64,000 bases of DNA from Candidatus Bathyarchaeota archaeon (GTDB lineage Archaea > Thermoproteota > Bathyarchaeia > Bathyarchaeales > Bathycorpusculaceae). The stretch spans positions 1 through 64,000 of the forward strand of contig CAVYRJ010000017.1 of the NCBI GenBank assembly GCA_963770935.1, read 5' to 3'. This document shows, piece by piece, positions 40,548 through 50,276 of the stretch (its first letter is position 1; every line of letters begins with the position of its first letter). The position numbers and the translations under genes are program-made. The notes under the pieces were generated by a model, which made no database searches, was not told where the DNA came from, and saw only the letters and a program-made list of their open reading frames with translations.

Positions 40548-41639
40548 TCAAACTGTTTTAGTTTTGCGATGGATTTTCTTGTAGTAAAAAAGCAAACCAG
40601 CCCCTGCGAAGACTGCTGACAGTGTAATAATAGCTGCGATAGTTGGCAAAGTAAACTCATCCTCAAGACCTACGGGTGTTGGCATTGGAGCAGAAAAATC
40701 AACCTTTCTCATCAGTGGGTAGTAATCAGTGTTGTTTTCATTTATCACGTAGGCTGTGTTTCCTATTCCTGAAGCGTCAACTTCCTTTGCATTAGGATAT
40801 TTTGATAGGTAATCGCTCCAAAAGTTTCTGTCGTAAGTGTTTTTGGAACCGGCATATCCAAATGTTAATGCGTACCATTCATCAGCGGAAAATTGCTCGG
40901 CATTATCAACAAAGTTGTTATAGGAAAAAATATTGTTGTTAGCTTTATTGATGCCCGCTCCAATTCCACAGTTAGTTATGTTGTTTCCAAAAAGCGTGTT
41001 ATTATCAGATTCTGATATCCTGATACCTATGTGTGTATTGGCGTCCACGTTGTTTTCGGAAATAGTATTGTTATGGCTACTTTGTGAAACATCAATGCCA
41101 GAACCGCTTGAGGTGAATTCGTTTTTTTGAATGAAATTTGAAGTCGCAATAGCAAGCGTAATTCCAGAATATTTGATTGACTCAACCAAGTTCGCAGATA
41201 CGTTATTGTGTGATCCGGATGAAAGTCTTATGCCATGGTCGGTGTTTATTATTCTGTTTCCAGATATTTTGCAGAAATTGCCATGCAATTGAACTCCAGC
41301 ATAGCCCTCACGCAAGGTGAAACCTGTTGCAGTTACGTTATTTTGGCGTATGGTTAAGGGAACTTTGACGCCTCCTTTCAAAGTGCCAACAATTATGGTT
41401 GTATCCCTATCTTCTCCTACTAGCGATATTGACTTTTCTATTTTTAGGGTTTCATGATAGGTGCCTTTTTTAACAAATACTGTGTCACCTTGAACAGCAT
41501 TCGTAACAGCATCTTCTATAGTGGCGTAATCGTCTGGAACAACAATCGTTTTGGAAGTAGCCTTCGCTGGCAAGAAAGAAATCGTGTATGATACGGCTAT
41601 GATTAAGAAAATAAATAGCAACGCGGCGTTTTTATTCAT
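40548..41639 (-). CDS. NosD/CASH beta-helix surface protein with TM anchor
   Basis: TIVVPDDYATI..AV, GDTVFVKKGTYHE, beta-helix repeats, NFWSDY, DYYPLM. Confidence 0.9.
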   Translation of the reverse strand: MNKNAALLFIFLIIAVSYTISFLPAKATSKTIVVPDDYATIEDAVTNAVQGDTVFVKKGTYHETLKIEKSISLVGEDRDTTIIVGTLKGGVKVPLTIRQNNVTATGFTLREGYAGVQLHGNFCKISGNRIINTDHGIRLSSGSHNNVSANLVESIKYSGITLAIATSNFIQKNEFTSSGSGIDVSQSSHNNTISENNVDANTHIGIRISESDNNTLFGNNITNCGIGAGINKANNNIFSYNNFVDNAEQFSADEWYALTFGYAGSKNTYDRNFWSDYLSKYPNAKEVDASGIGNTAYVINENNTDYYPLMRKVDFSAPMPTPVGLEDEFTLPTIAAIITLSAVFAGAGLLFYYKKIHRKTKTV

Positions 41640-41695
41640 ACTTATTGCTCCTTTTTTTGGCGCAAGAATGCCAGTATGGTTACTATATTGTGTTT

Positions 41696-41731
41696 GTTTA
41701 AGAGGTTTTTCGTCAAGCTTTCTTGGCTAAC
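41696..41731 (-). promoter_or_regulatory. Conserved operator plus BRE/TATA (GTTAGCCAAGAAAGCTTGACGAAAAACCTCTTAAAC)
   Basis: 33 of 36 positions identical to 38531..38566. Confidence 0.7.
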
Positions 41732-41794
41732 CAGCTTCGTAAAGTAAAACTAAATTAGCCGCTCCGTGTTTTTCCTAGTTGAGAGTGTTTACTT

Positions 41795-42362
41795 TTGATT
41801 AATAATCCAGCCATAATTTTGGTTGATGTGCAGAACGATTTTTTCATTGGACCCCTAAAAATCAAAAGAGCCATTAACATAACCGAGCCGCTGCAGAGGC
41901 TTGTTGTGGCAGCACGCAAAAACGCTGTGCCCGTAATCTACAGCATCGATGCCCACTACCCCCAAGATGTTGAGGTTGTTCGGAAATGGGGCAACCACGC
42001 CATAAAAGGCACCGAGGGCGCACAGGTTATTTCTGAGCTGAAACCAGACGAAGGCAAGGACTACATTGTTGAAAAACGGACGTACAGTGGCTTCTACGAA
42101 ACAGGCTTAGACCCGCTCTTGCGGAGCCTATACAAGGGCGACGGAGTAAAAACGGTGTGTTCTCGGAGGCTTACACACCAACATGTGCATACGCCACACA
42201 TCCGCAGACGCGTTTTTCAGAGGCTACCAAATCGTCATCGCCAAAGACGGCGTCGATGCGTTTACGGCTGAGGAGCATGAGCAGGGATTAAAATATTTAG
42301 AGTACGTGTACAACGCAAATAATGATGCAGATGAAGATATTATCAGGGAAATCGTCGAGTAA
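41795..42362 (+). CDS. Isochorismatase/nicotinamidase-family cysteine hydrolase; +1 frameshift near 42157
   Basis: IILVDVQNDF, DAH, EKRTYSGF, then GLHTNMCIRHT in the next frame. Confidence 0.9.
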
Positions 42363-42528
42363 TGAGCCAGGTGCGCTCTGTTCTAAGAGTAAACTTGAGT
42401 TGATTCGCTGACTTGGCTTGCAACAATAATAATTAATGCTAAGAGCAGCCAGAGTTTTTTCATAAATTCTATAAACGAAGCTGAGCATATAAGTCAAACT
42501 CACTGCAAAAGAGTATGGTTATTACTCG

Positions 42529-42744
42529 TTAGGCTCGCTTTTGGTTGGTTGAAGTAATGGCTGAGCCTATGAGCACTCCTATACCTAAAGCTACAGAAGC
42601 AAGGGCGAATGTTTCATGGTGCAGGTCACTTAACTCGAACCAAACCCCATAAGCTAACTCTTGCTGATACAAAATCAGAAACGTCAAAACAAAAAACGCA
42701 ACTGCAACAAGCACCGCAACCCAGCGATTACTCACAAAAATCAC
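42529..42744 (-). CDS. Small two-TM membrane protein
   Basis: Two hydrophobic helices flanking WFELSDLHHE. Confidence 0.6.
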   Translation of the reverse strand: MIFVSNRWVAVLVAVAFFVLTFLILYQQELAYGVWFELSDLHHETFALASVALGIGVLIGSAITSTNQKRA

Positions 42745-42836
42745 CTAATAATCAAAAGTAATTGAAGGCTTTTAAACATAATTGAAATGACAAAATTTTT
42801 ACGTTTAAGTGCTTATTTATGAATGAGGGATAAAGT

Positions 42837-43491
42837 TTGGAAACTGATTTGTTGCAAAAACTCATCAACAGAAAAATCACAAAAGCACAACTTTTCCAGA
42901 TGGTTGAAGAGGATTTCAGTTTGGTTCCCTTGTTGCTTGAGGGTACTTCATCGGCGAAGGCAACGGTTCGATATGGCTGCGGAAGCGTATTGATGAATTT
43001 GAGTGAGAAGCACCCTTACAAGCTCTACCCGTACATGGACAAGTTCGTCGGGCTCCTCGACAGCGAATACCGCATTCTAACGTGGAATGCACTGGCAATA
43101 ATTGCCAATCTCACGGCAGTTGACACGGACCATAAGTTTGACGCAATATTCGACAAATATTACGGTTTTCTATTTAACGAATACATGGTTACAGTAGCTA
43201 ACACAGTCGGCAATTCAGCGAAAATCGCCTCAAACAAACCATATCTCGCCGACAAAATCGCCGCGGACCTGCTCAAAGTCCAAAACCTTCAAACCACACC
43301 GCACTTGACCGAGGAATGTAAACTCGTCATAGCCGAGCAAGCCATCAAAACCTTCAACACCCTAATCAACTACACCCAAAACAAACAGGTCACTCATAGA
43401 TTTCGCTAAAAAACACCAAGAGAGCCCAAGAATCAGCTTGAAAAAAGAAGCAAACAATTTTCTGACAAACTGGAAAAAAGCAGCCTGTTAG
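42837..43491 (+). CDS. HEAT/ARM-repeat protein; +1 frameshift near 43390
   Basis: Helical repeats (VRYGC..VL..LSE..P..LYPY, LTWNA..IIANL); continues LIDFAKKHQESPR in the next frame. Confidence 0.75.
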
Positions 43492-43533
43492 CCACTTTTG
43501 TCTAAACCCACTTTTGTCAATACTGAGATTAAG

Positions 43534-43674
43534 CTAACTTGATCCGCATACTAAACAAACCAATTTGGCGTTGACTCCAATTCCCACTTTCCGATGCTCA
43601 GTCATCTTGCCGCACTTGCTGCAATCCCAACCGTTTGTGAAAAAATGTTCTTTAGAAATAAATGGCAATGGCAT
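43534..43674 (-). CDS. Zinc-ribbon microprotein (46 aa; not in ORF track)
   Basis: MPLPFISKEHFFTNGWDCSKCGKMTEH...LVCLVCGSS. Confidence 0.55.
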   Translation of the reverse strand: MPLPFISKEHFFTNGWDCSKCGKMTEHRKVGIGVNAKLVCLVCGSS

Positions 43675-43791
43675 GTTCTATCATTTCCCTTGATGACGTT
43701 AGATCGACCTCGGTATAAGCTTTCGCTTTATCATGTTGTTCACAAGTAAGTACGAGCCACAGGAATTTGCTTTGCCAACCGAGTGGAATGT

Positions 43792-43869
43792 TGGTGGGCC
43801 CGGGGCGATTTGAACACCCGGTCAACAGATTATGAGTCTGGCGCTCTAGCCGGACTGAGCTACGGGCCC
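43792..43869 (-). tRNA. tRNA with CAT anticodon, most likely tRNA-Ile2 (agmatidine type); CCA encoded
   Basis: GGGCCCGTAGCTCAGTCCGGCTAGAGCGCCAGACTCATAATCTG...GTTCAAATC..CGGGCCCACCA; GGGCCC acceptor is Ile-type, not initiator or elongator Met. Confidence 0.9.
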
Positions 43870-43951
43870 AAATGCTGCACTCTTAATACTGCTGTTTCAA
43901 AACAGATTTAAACATTTTCCGTTTGTTGAGAAGCAACTTAACGGTCAATGG

Positions 43952-44206
43952 TTAGGGGTTCCCGAACCATTTCTCATACCAAGAGTTGAACATTGACAGG
44001 CAGTCTTTTTGCCATGCCTGTTCGCCCTCGTCTTTGCGGAGGCAGTTGACAAGCTCTAAGTTATGGGCAATTTCTGCTTTTGCCTCTTTCAACATGGAGT
44101 CAATATCATCAAGCATATCATTGCCACCTGCAGCGTAATCTTGGGTTGTTTGTCTTAGGAATGCTCGTTTGTGTTTGATTAATTCTTCAATTTTCCCCTC
44201 GCTCAT
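43952..44206 (-). CDS. Small hypothetical protein ending WYEKWFG
   Basis: 84 aa from ATG 44206; shares tail with 28510..28698. Confidence 0.6.
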   Translation of the reverse strand: MSEGKIEELIKHKRAFLRQTTQDYAAGGNDMLDDIDSMLKEAKAEIAHNLELVNCLRKDEGEQAWQKDCLSMFNSWYEKWFGNP

Positions 44207-44243
44207 ATATAGCACCAGTAGGGAAATGTTGGTTTTTGGCATT

Positions 44244-45104
44244 TTAACGTTGTGTTCGCTCGTAGTGGTAGAGGTATTCTTGAGCGTAGCCTGCGTAAGC
44301 GCCGAAGTAATTTCGGGCGAAATCGCCGATTTTTATGTATTCACCGTTGGTTAATGAGTTGTGGCTACGCATTTTCTGTACAAACGGTTCAGGCAACTTA
44401 TCTGCGTAATGATTAAGTATCACCCGTTTAACCCAAACATCCACGGGAAAAGCCTCCAGTTTTCTGAGCGAAAAAAGCAGCACGCAATCCGCCACCTTCA
44501 AGCCCACCCCAGAGAACTCCAAGAGTTTTTCTCTGGCTTCCAGATAAGGCAAATTCTTCAAGTCTTCAAGGTTTACTTTTTCGCCGTGGATTTTTTTGGC
44601 TGTTGCCTGTACGTATTTGGCTCTGTAGCCTAAACCGCATTCTTTCAAACCATTCTCGCTTGCATACGCCAGCTTTTCAACAGTTGGGAAAGTGTAGAAG
44701 TCCATGCCGTCGAAAACCTGTTTTTCCCCGTATTTCACTGAGATTTTTTTAAGCATCAGTTCGATGGCGGCTATGCTCTTGTATGTGGCACAGATGAAGC
44801 TGATTAGGCATTCCCAAGGCACCTGCCGAACAATCCTCAACCCCTCAAACCGCTGCAGAGCCTTCTGGACATATTCGTCTTTAGCGATGCATTGGCTGAT
44901 TTCCGCTAAGTCATCGTTTAAACCAAAATAAGTCTTAACAAAGTCTTTGCTGACATTCTCAAACTTTAACTCAGAGCCACATTGACAAATCTTAACAACA
45001 TTTTCCCCGACAACACCATACCACCATCCATCAATCTTCCGCCACCTAAACACCTGTCCACAGCAAAGCGAAAAATCCAAATCAAACGGAACAGCAAGAC
45101 GCAT
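44244..45104 (-). CDS. ogg1: 8-oxoguanine DNA glycosylase, Ogg1 type (HhH-GPD)
   Basis: CGQVFRW N-domain, ECLISFI, GLGYRAKY, GVGLKVADC, FPVDVWV, AGYAQEYLY. Confidence 0.92.
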   Translation of the reverse strand: MRLAVPFDLDFSLCCGQVFRWRKIDGWWYGVVGENVVKICQCGSELKFENVSKDFVKTYFGLNDDLAEISQCIAKDEYVQKALQRFEGLRIVRQVPWECLISFICATYKSIAAIELMLKKISVKYGEKQVFDGMDFYTFPTVEKLAYASENGLKECGLGYRAKYVQATAKKIHGEKVNLEDLKNLPYLEAREKLLEFSGVGLKVADCVLLFSLRKLEAFPVDVWVKRVILNHYADKLPEPFVQKMRSHNSLTNGEYIKIGDFARNYFGAYAGYAQEYLYHYERTQR

Positions 45105-47231
45105 CAGTGTTGCTCCATGAACTTTTCAGGCTTAGGAACCTCTGACGCTAACCCTTTTCGCTGACGCAAATCAGCAATAACTTCAGAAGAGAGTTTTTGG
45201 GGCATTTTTTCCCAGTGGTCAAAGAATGTTTGCCAAAAGGCTCTGCCTGAGGTTGCTGAGCGGAGTTCTTTTGAGAAGCCAAAAGTTTCGGAGACGGGTA
45301 TGTACCCACTGATGATGGTGAGCAGTCCTTTTTGCTCAAACAAGGTTACTTTTCCGCGTCGGGTGGAGAGGATTCTTGAGGATTCTCCTGAGAGTTCGGT
45401 GGCGACGGATATGATTATTTTGTATATTGGCTCAAGCAGGGCTGGGTCAGCGGTTAGGAAGCTACCGAAGACTGCTTTGCCTACGCCATGCATGACTTCT
45501 AAACCGCCTTCACCGCTTTGATTTAATTGTAAATCCACCAAGTTCACCTGCAAATGTCGCACTGGTTCACCGCAGAGTGGACCAGCCCTGCACGCATACT
45601 CGAACCCCGCGATAATGGCTTCCAACTTCTCCTCGGAGATTTGCTCGGTTTTTCCGCTGCAGTCCAAAAGCACATTCCGATGCTCATCAACTGAAAGGAT
45701 GCTGCCCGAATCCGCTTCGGCTGATGTGGTAGCTTCTTCGGCTTCAGGCATAACTTGCACCCAAAAACTATCCAGCTTGTTTGGGCTTTTCGCCAAAGCA
45801 ACCACACCTTTTTTCAGGGCACTCTCCATGTAAACAACTCTTGGCGAAGAAACCGAAACATTGATGCCGTTGCTTTTTAGTTGGTGGATGGCTATTTCCA
45901 AGTGCAATTCGCCCATGCCGCTTAGCAGGTACTCGCCAGTTTGCTTATCCGCGGTGACCTTTAAGTTTGGGTCTTCGCTTGCAAGCTTCTCGAGGGCATC
46001 GAGCAATAAGGGAATTTCCGCAGGATTTTTTGGTTCAACCGCCAAAGTCACCACAGGCTCTGAAACATAGCATATACCCTCGAAGGGCACCATGCAGTCT
46101 TTATGTGCCAAGTCAACCAGCGTTTCGCCAGCCCCAACGCGCCCCGTCAATGTAAAAGAAGCTAAACTGCCAGCTGAAACTTCACTGACTTCTTCTCGAA
46201 GCGAACCCATATCGATGGAGACTTCTTTAACCTCAGTCTCAGATAGGGCATCCACAAGATGCAACCTATCACCCTTCTTGGCTTTGCCAGAGAAAACTCG
46301 TCCAGTGGCCACAGTATCTCCGTTTGGGTCAGAATGCACGTTGGTTACAAACATGATAGTTGGCGCATCATCACGGCATTCAATAAGTGCCTTGCCAATC
46401 TTCGAGCTGATTTGTCCATCCCAAACCTTCTCAATTCGATATGCTTGAGCTTCCCGTGGATTTGGAACCACGTTTATTGCCATTTCGAAAACTGCCTCGT
46501 AAACTGGCAAGGTCGTTTGCAGTTTCGCCTGCTCACCACTAGCGTACGCTTTTGTTATGTCTGAAAACTTTATCCCGTGCTGCTTTGCCATGTTCATGGT
46601 GAAGCCCCAGCCAGTGTAATGCGGAGCCAAAAGCCACATTGCCCTGTGAGGCACTGATTTTCCATTGGTTCTTGAATGGGGGTTCTGCGTATAGTTCGAT
46701 AAGGTCGTTGAATCGACTGATTATGTTGTCGAGTTTCTTTTGGATTTGTTCCTCATTTAGCTGCAGCTCAATGATTAGTTTGTCAACTTTGTTGATGAAC
46801 AATACTGGGCGCACGCGTTCTTCAAGGGCTTGCCTAGTGACGATTTCGGTTTGAGCCATGATTTCCTCAACGGCATCCACTACCACGACTGCCCCGTCGA
46901 TGACACGTAGTGCTCTGGTGACTTTGCCAGTGAAATCTACGTGCCCCGGTGTGTCAACAAGATTTATGATGTATGGGATACCTGCGGCTTTGTAGAGGAG
47001 GCTGATGTTGGCTGTTTTTATGGTGATTTTGCGCTTCTGCTCTTCCTCTAGGTAATCGAGCACTCTTGCCATGCCAGCCATCCGTGGCGACAATAAACCT
47101 GCCCCGGCCAGCAAGGAATCAGCGAGGGTAGTTTTGCCGTGATCGATGTGTGCAATGATACCTATGTTTCTGATAAGCTCTTTTCTGCCCATCAATTGCT
47201 GCATTTCAAGGATTTGCTTAAACCGCGGCAT
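45104..47231 (-). CDS. Divergent elongation factor 2 paralogue (aEF-2p-like); +1 frameshift near 46613
   Basis: AHIDHGKTT, DTPGHVDF, NKVD, GMGELHLE, LRSATSGRA; G2 RKIT in place of RGIT; no HRG diphthamide loop. Confidence 0.88.
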
Positions 47232-47293
47232 ACCTAAACCACGTAAGATAAGTTTAAGTTGGAACTAAAGGTTCCTATTAAATTTAAAAGTTA

Positions 47294-48088
47294 ATGTGGC
47301 TTGCACATAAAAAAGGACCAGAAGAATTGAAACAACCCATAAAAGTACCCCTTGAAGCCTTAATTGAGGAACCCTACGCATCAATCGTGTGTTATCCCAG
47401 AACAAACCCCACAGAAATACGGAAGCGAATTGAAGAACTAAAACAACATGGCGTTGAAGCGATTGAATTTGTTGGGAAAACGTCGGCTTCCAATATTCCT
47501 GTTTTGGGCAAAGGCTATGTGGGCGTTGTGGCGATGGCGTATGCGAAGGGGCAAAGGGTGGCCTTGAAAATGCGCCGAATAGATGCTGACCGCATAGACT
47601 TTACGCATGAAGCCGAAATGCTCCAGAAAGCCAATGCAATAGATGTCGGTCCCAAGTTTATTGCTGTAAGCGCAAATTTTCTTTTATCCCAACTTATTGA
47701 CGGCGATTTGCTTGAGGATTGGCTTGAAACCCACAAAGACAAACATGTTATCCGAAAGGTTTTGGTTGACATTTTGGAGCAATGTTGGCGATTGGATGAA
47801 GCGGGCCTAGATCATGGGGAAATAAGCAAGGCACCTAAACACTTACTCGTGGACAAGGATAACAAACCTTTCATAGTTGACTTTGAAACCGCAAGCGTGA
47901 TGCGAAAAGTGATTAATGTTACATCGGTTTGCCAGTTTCTTTTTATGGGAAACAGCAGAGCAGCAAAAATCTTGGGCGAAATATTTGGCAAAAAGGATAA
48001 GGTGGAGTTAATTGCTGCTTTAAAAAATTTTAAAAAGAACCAAAATAGAGGAAACTTCGAAGGCTTACTTGAACTGTGCCTTTCATAA
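47294..48088 (+). CDS. RIO/Bud32-like Ser/Thr protein kinase
   Basis: LGKGYVGVV, VALK, DHGEIS, IVDFE. Confidence 0.85.
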   Translation: MWLAHKKGPEELKQPIKVPLEALIEEPYASIVCYPRTNPTEIRKRIEELKQHGVEAIEFVGKTSASNIPVLGKGYVGVVAMAYAKGQRVALKMRRIDADRIDFTHEAEMLQKANAIDVGPKFIAVSANFLLSQLIDGDLLEDWLETHKDKHVIRKVLVDILEQCWRLDEAGLDHGEISKAPKHLLVDKDNKPFIVDFETASVMRKVINVTSVCQFLFMGNSRAAKILGEIFGKKDKVELIAALKNFKKNQNRGNFEGLLELCLS

Positions 48089-48096
48089 TTATTATT

Positions 48097-49182
48097 TTAT
48101 GCAACGATGTCTTGCAGTCTTTTTTGCTTAATTGCTTCTTTGAACTCTACCGCAATGCGTCTGCCCATGTACATGTTCTCACCGTACTTGAGGTAAGCGT
48201 ATGGTGATGTTCCGATTCCAACGTTGGTTCCTGCGACGATACGCGCTGAGATTTCGAAGGTGTAGATTTTTGCTTCGTCGGTAATTACCGTTTCAAGGCA
48301 GAAGGGTCCGATTATTCCTGGCGGAGCGAGTTCTCTGGCTTTTTTGTGGACGTTATCGCCCATCCGCATGATTTCTGGAAGCAGAGATTCTCGGAGTACA
48401 ATGGGGAAGTTGCCGATTACGGTATAGGTTGGGTTGATATCGATTTCCAGCTGCTGACTTGCAGGGATTTTCCCGATTGAATCCACGGCGGATTCGTACC
48501 TTCTATCCATAGCGAGCAACTCAACATCGTCGTTTAGGATGCTGCTAAAATAGCTAGGGTAAACATTGACTCCAAGTGCGTATTCTTGCAGGTGGATGCT
48601 TGGCAAATCGTCTTCAGTGAGCATGCCGCGTTTGACCATTTCGTTGAATTGTTTATAGAAGTTTTTTGGCGAATTGGCAAGGAAGTAGCCTCTGCCACCT
48701 TTTGCTCCTTGCAGTTTGGCGATGATTAAGCGGTCGATGTCTTCGGGCGACTTGAAGGTTGCTGGCAATCTGAGTCCTGCTTGGCGTAGCCATTCTTCTT
48801 GGCTTTTGCGGTTGGCTTCCCAATGGAGCAGTTGACGGTTGCCGAACATGGGAACAAAAAGGCTGTCTGTTAACTCCTCAGTGCTTAGGTACGCGGTGAA
48901 TGAGCCATGTGGAATTAAAACTACGTTGAGCTTGCGCAATCTTTCTTGCAGATTCTCGCTGAGCAATTCCGTGAAGTCTTTAACGATGATTAATTCGTCA
49001 ACCAGCGGATACTTCTGGTACATGATGGCATCTTTTTCTTTGCAGATGCAAACCGTTTTGAAGCCTTCTTCTTTTGCTCCCTTGAAAATGTTAAGCGAAC
49101 TATGCGACCCCAAGGTGCCGATGGCGAGTTTTTTCTGGTCGTACTTCTCTATGATTTTGCCGACGTCTGTACCGGTTATCAT
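48097..49182 (-). CDS. purP: PurP-family formate-dependent ATP-grasp ligase (FAICAR synthetase)
   Basis: TLGSHSSL, IPHGSF, GAKGGRGYF, GPFCLE, FEISARIVAGTN. Confidence 0.92.
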   Translation of the reverse strand: MITGTDVGKIIEKYDQKKLAIGTLGSHSSLNIFKGAKEEGFKTVCICKEKDAIMYQKYPLVDELIIVKDFTELLSENLQERLRKLNVVLIPHGSFTAYLSTEELTDSLFVPMFGNRQLLHWEANRKSQEEWLRQAGLRLPATFKSPEDIDRLIIAKLQGAKGGRGYFLANSPKNFYKQFNEMVKRGMLTEDDLPSIHLQEYALGVNVYPSYFSSILNDDVELLAMDRRYESAVDSIGKIPASQQLEIDINPTYTVIGNFPIVLRESLLPEIMRMGDNVHKKARELAPPGIIGPFCLETVITDEAKIYTFEISARIVAGTNVGIGTSPYAYLKYGENMYMGRRIAVEFKEAIKQKRLQDIVA

Positions 49183-50276
49183 GTTACCACTTCAGCGAGC
49201 CGGCGTTTTCTGACTGCACGTTTAATTTCCATAGCTACGCGTTTGCCCGGACCTACCTCAACGCCGTACTTGTACTTCATGTAAGGTGAAGTTGGCTCCA
49301 CACAGGGGCATCCTGGAACGCGGGGGCTGACATCGAAGACTCGGAATTCCAAATCTTTGGTAATTGCACCCTGAAGTGCAAAGAGCCCAATCATGCCTGG
49401 CGGGAACTCTTTTTTGCAGATTGCCACGAAGCGTTCGGCTGCTTCAAATATTTTTTCCAATTGACTTTCTCTCATGGTTGCGCCCATGTGTCCTATTTCG
49501 ATGTTCTGGGTAGCTATGTTGAGTTCTAATTGTTCTTTTGCAGGTAAGTCGAGTACGCCATCGAGGTCTGTTTGAATACGCCTATCGAAACCAAGCAGGT
49601 CGATGTCCTCGGTTAAGGGTGACCAGAAATAGTTTGCGTTGAATTTGGCGCCAATCACATATTCTTCAATGACGGATTGGTTTAGGGCTTCACGGGTTAT
49701 GATGCCTGCTTTGATGCGTTTTTGGGCTTCCCGCTCATACTCTTCAGGGTTTGAAGCGTAAAAGAATGCCCGTTCAATCGCTCGACCCTTCTCAGCAACT
49801 TTCACGATAGCTGGGCAGTCGATTTCGGCGGGCGATTTGAATGCTCTAGGAAGTTTTATTCCTGCTTCTTTTAGGAGCCAAAGCTGGTTTTTTGGAGCGG
49901 TGCGTTCTTCAGTTTTAAGCAGGTACCTGTTGCCCATAAGGGGCACTGTGAACTTCTGTTCTATGGCTTCGTAACCTGCATACACACTAAAGGAGCGGTT
50001 GGGAACAAAAACCGTGTTCAAATCTGTTAGTTGCTTTACGACCTCAGGAGTTGTTATATCTGAGAATTTGTCTAAGAAGATAAATTTGTCAAATATGTTT
50101 CGGTAGTAACGCGCGTAGGTTTTTTCTCTCCCATTCTGGCATACCACTACGGTTTTGAAGCCTTCTTGTTTGGCTCCTGACGCAATTTCAAGTGCCGAAT
50201 GCGAGCCTAAAACACCAATGTATATTTTCTTTTGGTCATAATCAGCAATGGTTTGTTTAATTTTATCTTGCATCAT
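49179..50276 (-). CDS. purP: Second PurP-family paralogue
   Basis: VLGSHSAL, VPNRSF, ERAFF, DRRIQTDLDG, FDVSPRVPG. Confidence 0.85.
   Translation of the reverse strand: MMQDKIKQTIADYDQKKIYIGVLGSHSALEIASGAKQEGFKTVVVCQNGREKTYARYYRNIFDKFIFLDKFSDITTPEVVKQLTDLNTVFVPNRSFSVYAGYEAIEQKFTVPLMGNRYLLKTEERTAPKNQLWLLKEAGIKLPRAFKSPAEIDCPAIVKVAEKGRAIERAFFYASNPEEYEREAQKRIKAGIITREALNQSVIEEYVIGAKFNANYFWSPLTEDIDLLGFDRRIQTDLDGVLDLPAKEQLELNIATQNIEIGHMGATMRESQLEKIFEAAERFVAICKKEFPPGMIGLFALQGAITKDLEFRVFDVSPRVPGCPCVEPTSPYMKYKYGVEVGPGKRVAMEIKRAVRKRRLAEVVT

Noticed and set aside
43792-43869. tRNA-Met, or a second integration site
   Set aside because: Acceptor stem is Ile-type, and no duplicate of its 3' end was found in the window
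48097-50276. Tandem purP paralogues as a new pathway
   Set aside because: Two PurP-like genes are common in archaeal purine clusters
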